From positions 1 to 54,685 of the IMG/VR virus record IMGVR_UViG_3300048599_000773: 54,685 bases of DNA. One strand, given 5' to 3'. This stretch comes from a virus. Taxonomy: Duplodnaviria; Caudoviricetes. Position numbers and translations under genes: made by a program. Positions within the stretch are counted from its first letter, which is position 1; each line of letters begins with the position of its first letter. The notes beneath the pieces are model-generated. The model was given only the letters and a program-made list of their open reading frames with translations, made no database searches and was not told the DNA's origin. Positions 38,906-49,401 of this stretch are shown here, piece after piece.

Positions 38906-41900
38906 ATGAGCCATATGGCCAATTTCGATTTCTTGAAAGGTAAACAAAACTTCAAGGCGTTTACTGAAGCTTGTTTGGATGCTGAAAAATCCATCGCGGC
39001 AAGCCCTGCTCTTTGCGCGCTTGGATGCAGAAAGAGCGCGGAGCTTGCGGTCAAATGGCTCTACTCCGTTGACAAGTCCATGACGCTCCCCTTTAATGAT
39101 AATCTGTCCGCGTTAATATATAATCCTTCGTTTATGGATACCGTGGACCAAAAAATTATAAGCAAGCTGAAATTCATCATCAAACTAGGGAATTTCGCCG
39201 CTCATACCAATAAGAATGTCAGCTATCGGGAAGCGGTTTTGTCGCTGGGAAATCTATTCGACTTCATCCAGTTCATTGACTATTGTTATGGCACGGACTA
39301 TCAAGAACGCGCTTTTAACGAGAAATTGCTCCCCGCTGAAAACGATTTGGCCATTTCCAAGGCGGAGTTCGATCGGCTGAAGGACAACTTGGATGGTAAA
39401 ACCGCCGAACGTGAACAGTTGCTTGACGAGGTTAAGCGGTTGCAGGCGGAGATGGAAGCCCTCAAAGCCAAAAATCAGGCCACGAGGGTATTCTCATCCA
39501 AACCAATCAGCGAAGCTGAAACACGGCGTAGCCTCATTGACGTGGATCTCAAAGCTATGGGATGGATTTTTGGTCAGAATTGTATTATGGAAGTCGCTGT
39601 TGTTGGTATGCCGATCTCCGACAGAAATCCGGACGGTAACGGCGCGGTAGACTATGTCTTGTATGGCGACAACGGCAAGCCACTTGCTGTCGTCGAAGCC
39701 AAGCGCACTACAAGGGACGCCAAAGAAGGCAAACAGCAGGCCAGGGAGTATACGGACTGCCTTGAGAGAATGACAGGGCAGCGCCCTCTAATTTTCTATA
39801 CCAACGGATACGAAACATGGTTCTGGGATGATCTGAACTACCCGGAACGCCCGGTGTATTCCGTATTCTCAAAAGAGGACTTACAACGCATCATCAACCG
39901 CCGGGAGAGTAAGCGGCCTTTTGATGACCGCCTGGAGATAAAAGATGAGATTACCGACAGGCCGTATCAGAAAATTGCTATCCAGCGTGTTTGTAAGGAT
40001 TTTTCGGACAGCCGGCGTAAGGCGCTTCTGGTCATGGCGACCGGCACCGGCAAGACCCGTACCGTCGCTTCGCTGGTTGATGTACTTGCGAATCATAATT
40101 GGGTGACTAATATCCTGTTCCTCGCAGACCGCAAGGAACTGGTTAAGCAAGCGAAACAGGCGTTTAACAGGCACTTGCCAAACCTTTCGACCTGCAATTT
40201 GCTAAAGCGGGAGCCCGGAGAGAAACCTACTGATCGGGCAATTTTCTCGACCTACCCGACGATCATGAACGCCATCGACGAAGCAAAGACCGAGGACGGC
40301 AGGAAGCTGTTTACGCCTGCCCACTTTGATTTGATCATCGTAGACGAGGCGCACAGAAGTATTTTTAAGAAGTACAGAGCTATCTTCGCTTATTTCGATG
40401 CGTTGGTCGTGGGGTTAACTGCAACCCCGAAGGCAGAGGTCGATAAAAACACTTACATGTTTTTCGACCTGGAAGACCATATGCCTACGTATGCTTATGA
40501 ATATGAAAGAGCCGTATCCGAAAGATATTTGTGCGATTACCATTGCATTGAAAAACTTTACAAAATCCCAACGGAAGGTATCACCAAGCGAGAACTGTCC
40601 GAAGAGGAACAGCTGGCCCTTGATGATATTTTCGAGCCGGAGGAAGAAGTCCCGGACTACATTTCCCCCGAAGAGGTGGACAGGATATTCTTTAATATCG
40701 ACACTTGCCGCAAAGTTATCACGGATATAATGACCAGGGGGTTAAAAGTAGAAGGCGGAGATAAGCTGGGCAAGACAATTATATTTGCCAAAAACCATAG
40801 ACACGCGGTTTTCGTGGAGGAGCAATTCAATAAACTCTATCCGCAATATCACGGTGAATTTGCCCGCGTGATCGACAACAGGGAGGAACGTGCGGAGACC
40901 CTCATTGACAATTTCAAGCAGAAGGATAAATACCCGCAGATTGCCATATCTGTGGATATGCTTGATACCGGCATTGATGTTCCTGAAATATTAAATCTCG
41001 TGTATTTTAAAAGGGTTCTTTCAAAGGTTAAGTTTTGGCAGATGTTCGGGCGCGGTACGAGGCTTTGCGACGATCTGTTCGGCCCCGGCGAAAACAAGCA
41101 GGAATTCTATGTTTTTGATTATCTCGGTAACTTTGAGTATTTCCGGCAAGACCCCAAAGGTAAAGAATCAAGCGAGCACGGCTCGCTTGCGGAATACGCT
41201 TTCAAATTAAAATCACAAATCATCTTCGGGCTGCAGGACGGTAAATTCGTCGCCTCGGGATTTTCGGAATTCCGCTCCGGGCTTATCGATGAACTGTCGT
41301 CGCAGGTTTCGTTGTTGAACCGTGAACAGTTCCAAGTCAAGCAAAACTTACAGTATGTTGAGAAATATTCGGATAAAAGCGCTTTTTTATGCCTGACCAC
41401 GGTTGAAACAGAAGCGTTAATCTCCCATCTGGCAAACCTGATACTTGCCGCGGATGACGAGGAATCCGCGCGTCGTTTTGATATATTGATGTATCGCTAT
41501 ATGCTGGCCGGTGTCAATAACGACGGCTCCACTCAGCGTTCTGTTTTAAACAAGGTAAAAGGCATCGCCGCTATTCTCGAAACTAAACGCACGCTCCCTG
41601 ATGTATTGCGTAACATGGAGTTACTTCGCAGGATACAACAGGATGATTTCTGGGCTGGCGCTACACTTAAGGAGATAGATGACGTTCGCCGGAGGGTGCG
41701 TGAGTTGATGTATTGTTTGAAAAACGAGATGAAGACGAAAATTATCAACGTTACGGATAGCGTCTTGCTGGAAAGGGAGGGCGAACGGTTCACCGCCGAC
41801 AATACGCTTGAAAGTTATTACCGCCGTGCAAACCGATATGTTGAGGAGAACGGGGACAAACAATCCATCCAGAAACTTAAAAACAACCAGCCGCTCTCTG

Positions 41901-42283
41901 AGGAGGACTGGGATGAACTGGAGCGAATTTTCTGGCACGAAGTTGGTACGCGAGAGGAATATAACAAAGAATCTAATGGTGTAACGCTGGGACGTTTCGT
42001 ACGTGGACTGACGGGATTATCCAAAGAAGCCGCAACCGCCGCATTTTCGGAGTTTTTAAACACCGCCCTATATTCGGAAGAGCAAATCCGTATGGTTCAA
42101 TACATCATCGAGGCGCTGGAAACTCAGGGGACCCTTCAGCCGGAAGAGATGAAGGACGATGAATTTTTTGGCGGACTTGATATCTTTGAAGTGTGGGGTC
42201 ACGACAACAGCCTTAAGGCGTGGAGTAGAGTCAAAGAGATTATTCACTTGGTGAATCGGAATGCCGAGCATTTGGCGGCATAA
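38906..42283 (+). CDS. hsdR: Type I RM restriction subunit (EcoAI/EcoEI-like)
   Basis: VDYVL...VEAK nuclease, MATGTGKT, DEAHR, GLTATP, MLDTGID, QMFGRGTR. Confidence 0.95.
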   Translation: MSHMANFDFLKGKQNFKAFTEACLDAEKSIAASPALCALGCRKSAELAVKWLYSVDKSMTLPFNDNLSALIYNPSFMDTVDQKIISKLKFIIKLGNFAAHTNKNVSYREAVLSLGNLFDFIQFIDYCYGTDYQERAFNEKLLPAENDLAISKAEFDRLKDNLDGKTAEREQLLDEVKRLQAEMEALKAKNQATRVFSSKPISEAETRRSLIDVDLKAMGWIFGQNCIMEVAVVGMPISDRNPDGNGAVDYVLYGDNGKPLAVVEAKRTTRDAKEGKQQAREYTDCLERMTGQRPLIFYTNGYETWFWDDLNYPERPVYSVFSKEDLQRIINRRESKRPFDDRLEIKDEITDRPYQKIAIQRVCKDFSDSRRKALLVMATGTGKTRTVASLVDVLANHNWVTNILFLADRKELVKQAKQAFNRHLPNLSTCNLLKREPGEKPTDRAIFSTYPTIMNAIDEAKTEDGRKLFTPAHFDLIIVDEAHRSIFKKYRAIFAYFDALVVGLTATPKAEVDKNTYMFFDLEDHMPTYAYEYERAVSERYLCDYHCIEKLYKIPTEGITKRELSEEEQLALDDIFEPEEEVPDYISPEEVDRIFFNIDTCRKVITDIMTRGLKVEGGDKLGKTIIFAKNHRHAVFVEEQFNKLYPQYHGEFARVIDNREERAETLIDNFKQKDKYPQIAISVDMLDTGIDVPEILNLVYFKRVLSKVKFWQMFGRGTRLCDDLFGPGENKQEFYVFDYLGNFEYFRQDPKGKESSEHGSLAEYAFKLKSQIIFGLQDGKFVASGFSEFRSGLIDELSSQVSLLNREQFQVKQNLQYVEKYSDKSAFLCLTTVETEALISHLANLILAADDEESARRFDILMYRYMLAGVNNDGSTQRSVLNKVKGIAAILETKRTLPDVLRNMELLRRIQQDDFWAGATLKEIDDVRRRVRELMYCLKNEMKTKIINVTDSVLLEREGERFTADNTLESYYRRANRYVEENGDKQSIQKLKNNQPLSEEDWDELERIFWHEVGTREEYNKESNGVTLGRFVRGLTGLSKEAATAAFSEFLNTALYSEEQIRMVQYIIEALETQGTLQPEEMKDDEFFGGLDIFEVWGHDNSLKAWSRVKEIIHLVNRNAEHLAA

Positions 42284-42295
42284 GGGGGTATCCAA

Positions 42296-43306
42296 ATGGC
42301 GAAAGATTTAACAACTTCCAAAATCGACAGGCAAAACATCTTAAATAACGAAATTGCGCTTGCTGAAATCCAGGAAAAGGGCGACTTCAAGGCTGTCATG
42401 TGGGAAGGTAAATTTATGTTTACTCGCGAAATGGTGGCCGAGTTTTTTGAAGTCGACATCCGCACCATAAGTCGATACATTGAGCAAAATAACGAGGAAC
42501 TGGCAGCGAACGGCTATGAAGTTCTTCGCGGGAAACGTTTAAGGGATTTTTTGACCACTATGAGTGGTAAGGACATTAATGTCCCTACCAAAATTAATTT
42601 GCTTGGCGTTTTTGATTTTAAGGCATTTCTTAATCTGGCGATGCTGCTCGCCGAAAGCGAAAAGGCGAAGATTTTGCGTAAAATGATGCTTGACATCGTA
42701 ATTGACCTGATTAATCAGAAAACCGGCGGTTCCACAAAATACATTAATCAACGGGACAAGGACTTTATTTCCGCTTCTTTACAAGAAGACAACTACCGGC
42801 GGCAATTTACAGACGCGTTGAAAATCTATGTAGAGGATGATCGTTATAAATATGCACATTTCACTGATATGATCTATGTTAGTATCTTCAAAGAAAAGGC
42901 TAAAAAATATAAGAAGATTTTGGATTTAAAGGCTTCCGATAAAGTACGCGACACTTTCTACAGTGAGATTTTAGATATAATCGCCGCTTACGAATGTGGG
43001 TTGGCCGACGCTTTAAAATCAGAATATGAAAAGCAAAAACGACCTCTTACAAAGATAGAAGTCGAAGAATTGTTCGCCAATTTCGAGCAGCTTGCTTTAT
43101 GGAAGCCCCTCATCAGCCGAGGCAGAATTAAAATGGCAAGCCGTGACCTTGCGCTTAGAGACGCGTTCCATTATCAACTGTCTGAATACATCCAACCATT
43201 AAGTCAGGAAGAGTATACAAAATTTCTCGGTGAGGCTGGAGATGAATTGGAACGGCTGATGGAAGAAAATCGCTCCGTGTTGAAACGTCTAAAGGAGCGT
43301 GAGTGA
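42296..43306 (+). CDS. Putative DNA-binding protein paired with Fic/Doc
   Basis: N-terminal HTH-like VAEFFEVDIRTISRY; overlaps the Fic gene. Confidence 0.65.
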   Translation: MAKDLTTSKIDRQNILNNEIALAEIQEKGDFKAVMWEGKFMFTREMVAEFFEVDIRTISRYIEQNNEELAANGYEVLRGKRLRDFLTTMSGKDINVPTKINLLGVFDFKAFLNLAMLLAESEKAKILRKMMLDIVIDLINQKTGGSTKYINQRDKDFISASLQEDNYRRQFTDALKIYVEDDRYKYAHFTDMIYVSIFKEKAKKYKKILDLKASDKVRDTFYSEILDIIAAYECGLADALKSEYEKQKRPLTKIEVEELFANFEQLALWKPLISRGRIKMASRDLALRDAFHYQLSEYIQPLSQEEYTKFLGEAGDELERLMEENRSVLKRLKERE

Positions 43307-43751
43307 AATGGAAATCGGGCTGATATATCCGACCATCGAACAGGCGATCAGCGTTCATCGAAAGACCGTACAATACAGTGGCGGCGGCGAACAGGGACAC
43401 TATGATTTAGGGCGTTTGGAGAGTGTTCTCGAAAATATAAAAAACGACGATTATTATCCAACATTCGTGGACAAACTTACCCATCTATTCTTTTGCACTT
43501 GTGAATTTCATTGTTTCATGGATGGTAACAAACGACTTGCCATCACTTTGTCCGCGCAATTTCTGTTACTAAACGGTTATATGGCCGTTGCAAAGCGCTT
43601 TTTCATTGAGATGGAGAATATCAGCTACCACGTTGCGGCTGGAAAAATTAAGAAGGAGCTACTTCATCAAATTATGACCGCCATATTTGACGGGACGTAT
43701 GAGTTCGACGAAGCATTAAAACTGGAAATTTATAATACCATTGTGGCCTGA
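43299..43751 (+). CDS. Fic/Doc-family toxin
   Basis: HCFMDGNKR Fic/Doc motif. Confidence 0.88.
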   Translation: MSEMEIGLIYPTIEQAISVHRKTVQYSGGGEQGHYDLGRLESVLENIKNDDYYPTFVDKLTHLFFCTCEFHCFMDGNKRLAITLSAQFLLLNGYMAVAKRFFIEMENISYHVAAGKIKKELLHQIMTAIFDGTYEFDEALKLEIYNTIVA

Positions 43752-43884
43752 GAATGAAAGGAAAGTTTTTGGGGGGGAGGAAGTTTGGAATCCGTTGCAC
43801 AGCCTGCGAATATAGTGTCAAACTGCGGGTAGGGATTGGCATAATGGTCAGTCCGAGCTATTGGAGGTTAATGGGACGAGTGTT

Positions 43885-43945
43885 TTAGTGGATTTATTTG
43901 TAAAGTGATTTCCTTTTCACGGGTGTGGATAAAGTGCGGCTGGGA
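43885..43945. repeat. att-like repeat copy 7 (degenerate)
   Basis: TTTATTTGTAAAGTGATTTCCTTTTCACGGGTGTGGATAAAGTGCGGCTGGGA. Confidence 0.8.
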
Positions 43946-44078
43946 AATGGGGTGAATTGGGCAAAGTAATGCAAATTGATTATTATTTTTACAATATCTT
44001 TTTATCACCTTCTATACAGAAGGTTTTTTGTTTTTTCCAACGAAATGGTTTTATATTATTGCTTTAAAGAGACTTGAC

Positions 44079-44906
44079 ATGAAAAAGATTGATTTTTACG
44101 GTTCCATACAGGGCGAAGCCGGAGTAATAATGGCCTTTTCCAAGATACATGATGTTTTGGGATTTTCCCGATTAGTAACCTCAACCAGTCGGGGATTTGA
44201 TATTGATTCTATAAATTATAACGGCCACGATGTTACGGTGGAATTTGAGTTTCTATCCAGTAACTTTATTGCTCATAAACATCCGGATAAAATGATCACC
44301 GGGCGAAAATATGTCGTGATATGCTGGGAAGATGACTGCGGACTCATGTCAACCCTAAAAGATAAATTCAGAAAGGAATTATTTGATCTCATCGAAATAA
44401 GAAGATATGTCAATATTAAAGAAGACTTTGAAACTAAAACTGAACCGGAGGAACCCATATACGCCATTCTATCATATAAACAAGAAATGGCCGGGGGAAA
44501 AGATTTTGGTGAATGGACCTTTTCGCATTGCTATCGTGTAAGAACGTCCGAAAACAACCCAAAATTTGCGGAAGATTACTTACCCTCTGGCTCCAAGATT
44601 CTTTTTTACCAAAACGGTTTTATCATCGGGGGAATTACGGTTGTCCGATATGAAATCATTGATGAACCGAATACTAAAAGAGAATGGGAGCTTTATAAAA
44701 AGCTAACTGATTATCCAGCAAGTTTATTTACGATCAGTATTGAAGCTTATAAACGGGAATTTTATCGAGGGCATATCTTTTATACGGATTTCTTTGATAT
44801 ACGAGATGTAAAAATCCGGTTAGATCAATATATTTCAAAGCAGATGCCTCACCAGGGGAAAATTAATTTGTCCAAGGATGAGTACTATAGAATCATTGGG
44901 AAATAA
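44079..44906 (+). CDS. Restriction-endonuclease-like protein with possible C-terminal PUA/EVE-like domain
   Basis: D...VEFEFLSSNFIAHKH...VICWEDD variant PD-(D/E)xK motif; C-terminal KILFYQ..IIG. Confidence 0.55.
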   Translation: MKKIDFYGSIQGEAGVIMAFSKIHDVLGFSRLVTSTSRGFDIDSINYNGHDVTVEFEFLSSNFIAHKHPDKMITGRKYVVICWEDDCGLMSTLKDKFRKELFDLIEIRRYVNIKEDFETKTEPEEPIYAILSYKQEMAGGKDFGEWTFSHCYRVRTSENNPKFAEDYLPSGSKILFYQNGFIIGGITVVRYEIIDEPNTKREWELYKKLTDYPASLFTISIEAYKREFYRGHIFYTDFFDIRDVKIRLDQYISKQMPHQGKINLSKDEYYRIIGK

Positions 44907-44909
44907 GGA

Positions 44910-46589
44910 GTGGTTATATTGAGTTATAAGCCGATTTCGTTAAGGAATCTATTATCCTTAAAAAATACTTCTTTATTTTTACCCCATATTCAACGGCCTT
45001 TTGTTTGGGAATATGAACAAATTATCCGGTTACTAGATAGCCTAATGAGAAACTACCCTATACAAACTTTATTGTTCTGGAAAACCAAAGACTATATAAA
45101 AACTCGTAAATTTATGGATAATATCGAAAGTGATCCAGATTTGAGTGATTACTATGATGAAAATGTTAGTCAAGAAGGTAAAGAAAAGACATTTGTTTTG
45201 GATGGTCAACAAAGATTACAATCACTTTTTGCAGTCTTTGATGGTTCTTATGATGACAAAGAATTCTATATTAATATTTTAACTGGAGAAAAAGAATTAG
45301 ATGATAATTTATATTATGAATTTCGATTATCGAAAAGAAACAATGAACTTGACCTTCCTTATTTTAAACTAAAAAAACTTATCCATGATAACCGTAATGC
45401 GGAAGATATTGCTGACGAAGTAAATACTAAACTGGATGAAATATTACTTGATGAAGGAAATAGACGGGAACGAGAGAAACTTGTTAGGCGAAATATAAGC
45501 CAAATAACATCGTTAATTCGGGAAGATAAACATTTTTGGTTCGATGAACTTGATGGTATTGCTAATAAATATACATATAATTTAATACTGAATATATTTA
45601 TCCGTGTAAACTCTGGTGGAACAAAATTGGATGCCGCCGATCTCATGTTTGCCGCAATGAAAGAAGCATGGTCCGAAGTAGAAGAAAATATTGAAAGTGT
45701 AATTGAACTCCTAAACAACTCAGGTAGACTTAATTTCGATAAAACTATGGTATTAAAAGGAATTATGCTGGTTTTAGATAAAGGGGCTATACTCACACCG
45801 GATTTTTTTCTTGGTAATCAAGGAGATTTAACATTAAATCTAATTGAACAAAGTTGGCCTAAAATAAGTGATGCCTTTACACAACTTAGAGACTTTATTC
45901 AAAGTGAATTAATGTTATACTCTGATAAGGTAGTTCGTTCATATAATGCGCTAATTCCAATTTTTGAATATTTTTATTATAACCCCAGTCCTGATCCAAT
46001 TAATAGGGCAAAGCTAAAGAGCTATTATTATAGAGCGCAATTATTTAATTGGTTTTCGGCAAGAACTGATCAGATATTAAATTCCATTCATGGGATTTTT
46101 AAAAGAAATTTGACTTCAGATTTTCCGCTTGATGAGATTAAAAAATACTTTAAAATTGAAGTTTACAAAGAAGATACTTTGAAAGCTGATCACCTTAGAG
46201 ATGCAAGATTAAGATATATTTTTTTGAATATGATTTATGTTGAATATACAGGGACTAGCCCATTTAATGTTGCTTTTAAAATGAATGAACCACATATAGA
46301 CCATATATATCCAAAAAGCAAGTTAAAAAAGATTCATCCTGCTAGTGAAATAAATAATATTGGAAATTATCGATTTGTGGGAGCCGCAGATAATATTCGG
46401 AAAAGAGCAGAGTTACCGGACTCATATTTTAAACGGTTAAAAGCAGAAGGTGTTGATATTAAGAGACATTTACTATTAGATGATTATACAGTTGATCCTG
46501 ACAAGTTAACTATAAATAATTATAATGACTTTCGTAACAGGAGATTGGATGAGATACTAAAAATTGGAGCAAAAATTGTAAACAAATGA
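44910..46589 (+). CDS. GmrSD-like DUF262 + HNH (DUF1524-like) protein
   Basis: LPHIQRPFVW, LDGQQR, FIRVNSGG..L, C-terminal IDHIYP...IGN. Confidence 0.85.
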   Translation: MVILSYKPISLRNLLSLKNTSLFLPHIQRPFVWEYEQIIRLLDSLMRNYPIQTLLFWKTKDYIKTRKFMDNIESDPDLSDYYDENVSQEGKEKTFVLDGQQRLQSLFAVFDGSYDDKEFYINILTGEKELDDNLYYEFRLSKRNNELDLPYFKLKKLIHDNRNAEDIADEVNTKLDEILLDEGNRREREKLVRRNISQITSLIREDKHFWFDELDGIANKYTYNLILNIFIRVNSGGTKLDAADLMFAAMKEAWSEVEENIESVIELLNNSGRLNFDKTMVLKGIMLVLDKGAILTPDFFLGNQGDLTLNLIEQSWPKISDAFTQLRDFIQSELMLYSDKVVRSYNALIPIFEYFYYNPSPDPINRAKLKSYYYRAQLFNWFSARTDQILNSIHGIFKRNLTSDFPLDEIKKYFKIEVYKEDTLKADHLRDARLRYIFLNMIYVEYTGTSPFNVAFKMNEPHIDHIYPKSKLKKIHPASEINNIGNYRFVGAADNIRKRAELPDSYFKRLKAEGVDIKRHLLLDDYTVDPDKLTINNYNDFRNRRLDEILKIGAKIVNK

Positions 46590-46668
46590 AATCGGTATTT
46601 CTAACATGATCAAAAAGAACTTTAGTGAGTCATCCATGAAATATGAGGGATAACTTAAGGAAAAGCCA

Positions 46669-47310
46669 ATGAAAACAATAGCCGACTATGCTTCAATAAA
46701 ATTAGGCCCAAATCTTCTAACCTTTAGATATAATACCAGATTCATCTCTGATAATGGTCCTGGTGATATTATTGGGCTAGTTTACATGATGAACCCAGGC
46801 GATGCAAAACCTAAATGTGTAGATTTATATAACAAACTTACTACTGAGGAAATTTGTTTGGAAAACGAAGACACTGAATGTGATACAACTATGAAAATAG
46901 TTCAAAATTTTATTGGTTTGGCATTTGACACTAATGGAAAAACCCTACCTCCAAAATACACTATATTAGTTGAAAACTTATTTAATCTTAGAAAAATTAA
47001 TAGTAAAATCGCACAAAGAACGGCTATCAATTATTTAAAGTTTGATAACAAAAATGATATAGAAAAGAAAATCGCAGAAATTATGTTCTATCATAGACAT
47101 TTAGATTCAAATTATAATTTTGTCTGGTTCGCTTGGGGAAAAGTTAGAAAATCAATACTCAAACCTGATATTACAATATATCCTAATAGGATTATTGTTA
47201 ATACGATCAAGTATAAAGGAAAACCCAAGCAAATAAATTATCCAAAGCATCCAATTGGCATGAATGTTGATTTTTTTGTAGATGCTTCAAAAGGAAAAAT
47301 TTTACTTTAA
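46669..47310 (+). CDS. DUF1643-like protein (tentative)
   Basis: MMNPG...NLF...FAWG...KHP motif series. Confidence 0.55.
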   Translation: MKTIADYASIKLGPNLLTFRYNTRFISDNGPGDIIGLVYMMNPGDAKPKCVDLYNKLTTEEICLENEDTECDTTMKIVQNFIGLAFDTNGKTLPPKYTILVENLFNLRKINSKIAQRTAINYLKFDNKNDIEKKIAEIMFYHRHLDSNYNFVWFAWGKVRKSILKPDITIYPNRIIVNTIKYKGKPKQINYPKHPIGMNVDFFVDASKGKILL

Positions 47311-47358
47311 CCTTGTATATCAAAGAAGAGACAATAAAAACGGAGAAGTGACTTAATA

Positions 47359-48102
47359 ATGTGTTGGAAAGACCATAATGATTTAAATTATGAAGACTTT
47401 AACCAAGAAGTTAATCAATTTATTTCGTTTGCTAAAAAATATTATTGCAAATTATTTATCAAGATTGATAGAGAATACTCTCCTATTGGTTCCGGCGGGT
47501 TTTTTAAATATAAAGGGAAAAACTATTTAATGACTAACTGGCATGTTATTAAGGGGTGGAATAAACAGGATATTTTTATATCTGTATCAACGGATGGAAA
47601 TGCCATTAATTGTCTGAACAATAAGCCTATTGGAGATCAAGATTTTGACATTGCGATTTTTGAAATTTTCCCAGAATATATTACTAAGTTTAACGGAAAA
47701 GAATTTTTAGATATAGAATTCTTTCAAAGAAATCCGATAGACTATTTAAAACTATACAATACTGCCATCGTATTTGGTAATCCAACATGTTTTGCAGAAT
47801 CAAACAATGAATATACTGAATATGATTTAACTATGTTTACATATTTTACCTTTACTATTGGAGTACAAGCTAATCTAATCAACCTATCCCTAGTGTATAT
47901 TGATCAATTTGGGAATGAATCCGAGCTTATCCCGGAAGTGCCAGGATTAAGTGGTTCTTTTGTATATTGTTTAGATAGAAGTAGTTCTCAAGCACCCTAC
48001 AAATGTATAGGAGTTTTATCAAGAGGAAGTCGAACAGCAAAAAATCTTTGGGTAATAAATATCGATGATATATTTAACTATCTTGAAAATAATGGCGTTT
48101 AA
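47359..48102 (+). CDS. Trypsin-like serine protease
   Basis: GSGGF, TNWHV (His), DIAI (Asp), GLSGS (Ser); no signal peptide. Confidence 0.75.
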   Translation: MCWKDHNDLNYEDFNQEVNQFISFAKKYYCKLFIKIDREYSPIGSGGFFKYKGKNYLMTNWHVIKGWNKQDIFISVSTDGNAINCLNNKPIGDQDFDIAIFEIFPEYITKFNGKEFLDIEFFQRNPIDYLKLYNTAIVFGNPTCFAESNNEYTEYDLTMFTYFTFTIGVQANLINLSLVYIDQFGNESELIPEVPGLSGSFVYCLDRSSSQAPYKCIGVLSRGSRTAKNLWVINIDDIFNYLENNGV

Positions 48103-48197
48103 GTAAAATTAATCCTATTCAACTTAAAAAACCCGCTAAACCTGACAACACTAAGAGTTATGTTTTATACTTTAAGAAAGATGCTCTTGATAAGATC

Positions 48198-48573
48198 CAT
48201 TAAAAAAATGCCCTCGTTCTTGACGATCGGGGGTTTTTAGTGGGTTTATTTGTAAATAATTTCCTTTTTACGGACAATTCGGGTCCTCAACCAGCTACAT
48301 CCCTTTCATCCTCCTCTAAAATTAAACGAATTGTCAAACTCCCCGGCTGTTCATCGACCTGAAACTTCCGGCCGGTTTGAAAACCATTTTTAACCAGCCA
48401 GTTACCTAAAGAGACGAATCGGGGGACTTGCTTTTCATTGGCATAGATCGAACTTACAGTGAGACGCCTGGTTTTCATTTATTTTTTCCTCCCTCGTCAT
48501 TTTTATAGAGTGACTTTCTTTTCACGGACGAGGATAAGGTTAGGTGCGGCTTGGGACTACCAGCTTATCCACG
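48198..48573. repeat. att-like repeat copy 8 (attP-like, with symE, joined to recombinase remnant)
   Basis: Core ...GGATAAG(48532-38)...ACCA(48562)-G-CTTATCC(48564-70) forms an inverted repeat; the right flank is recombinase-like coding sequence. Confidence 0.9.
48287..48478 (-). CDS. symE: SymE-family type I toxin (local compensating frameshifts)
   Basis: Near-identical to 29747..29938, but VPRFVSLGNW replaces VPAIRLSGNW. Confidence 0.7.
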   Translation of the reverse strand: MKTRRLTVSSIYANEKQVPRFVSLGNWLVKNGFQTGRKFQVDEQPGSLTIRLILEEDERDVAG

Positions 48574-48835
48574 CACCTGCAGAACTTGAGTTTTATCTCG
48601 ATCTCTTCATGTCCGATAATAATTTTTCAATGAACCTGTCGATGACTTCCTCACATTCGGCAGGTTTTGTTCTATCATAGAGGGCATTCCGGTTTAGTTC
48701 CAAATAGTTTATAATTTGTTCGCGGGAAAAAGGAATGGTGCGCCGGATTTGGTAATAATCAAGGTTGCTCTCAAGTTCCTGCCGTCTATTTTTAAGTGTT
48801 TGCAATCTCTGGATTGTTTCTGGATCGTCTAACCC
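48475..48835 (-). pseudogene. 3' remnant of a putative large serine recombinase
   Basis: Coiled coil LQTLKNRRQELE, then VIDRFIEK / IIIGHEEIEIKLK / GSPKPHLTLSSSVKRKSLYK across two frameshifts. Confidence 0.6.
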
Positions 48836-48928
48836 TTTTTGGCGCTTTGGTGGACGGTGATTAAATGACCAGGGAAGCCGCTTTGGAATACCATTTAAAA
48901 AACTATCCGGCCTTGCAAGCGATCCATC

Positions 48929-49132
48929 ATGTTGGCGACGAACTACGCCCAAGCCAAGGCGATGGCCGGTTTGACCGTGGAAGCCTTGGACGGGTTCTCC
49001 GGGGTGATGGGCGGACCGGGCGGTATCTTGGTTGAGGGTGCAATTTATCAGGATATGAGCGACTTTTACGAGCCGGATACCAAGCTATATAACGTGATGA
49101 TTGATTTTATTATTTTGCATCATGAAAGTTAA
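48929..49132 (+). pseudogene. Tail terminator (DUF3168-like) C-terminal fragment
   Basis: Y.QAKAMA....EALDGFSG...D.YEPDTKLY...IDF. Confidence 0.6.
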
Positions 49133-49209
49133 AACTTAAACAGGTTCACCAATGAAGCGCCTATCGGGGGGCTTTTTTCATTTCAAATTTTAGCCGGAGG
49201 AAATTTACG

Positions 49210-49320
49210 ATGTATCAAACCCAAGTTCAAAAAGTCAATGCTTTGCGATTTGGTTCCGGGATGGTGGAGATTTCCCAAGACGGCCAAGCCTGGACGAACC
49301 TTGGCGTGGGGAACAAAATG
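49210..49320 (+). pseudogene. Major tail protein-like 5' fragment
   Basis: GGAGG RBS, MYQTQVQKVNALRFGSGMVEISQDGQAWTNLG, then truncated; follows the terminator-like gene. Confidence 0.5.
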
Positions 49321-49401
49321 AACTGTAAAAACAATGCAGGCGAAAGTTGCCTGCATTGTTAAGAAATCTATTATAGCTATTCAAATGTATTAAAGGTGGA
49401 T

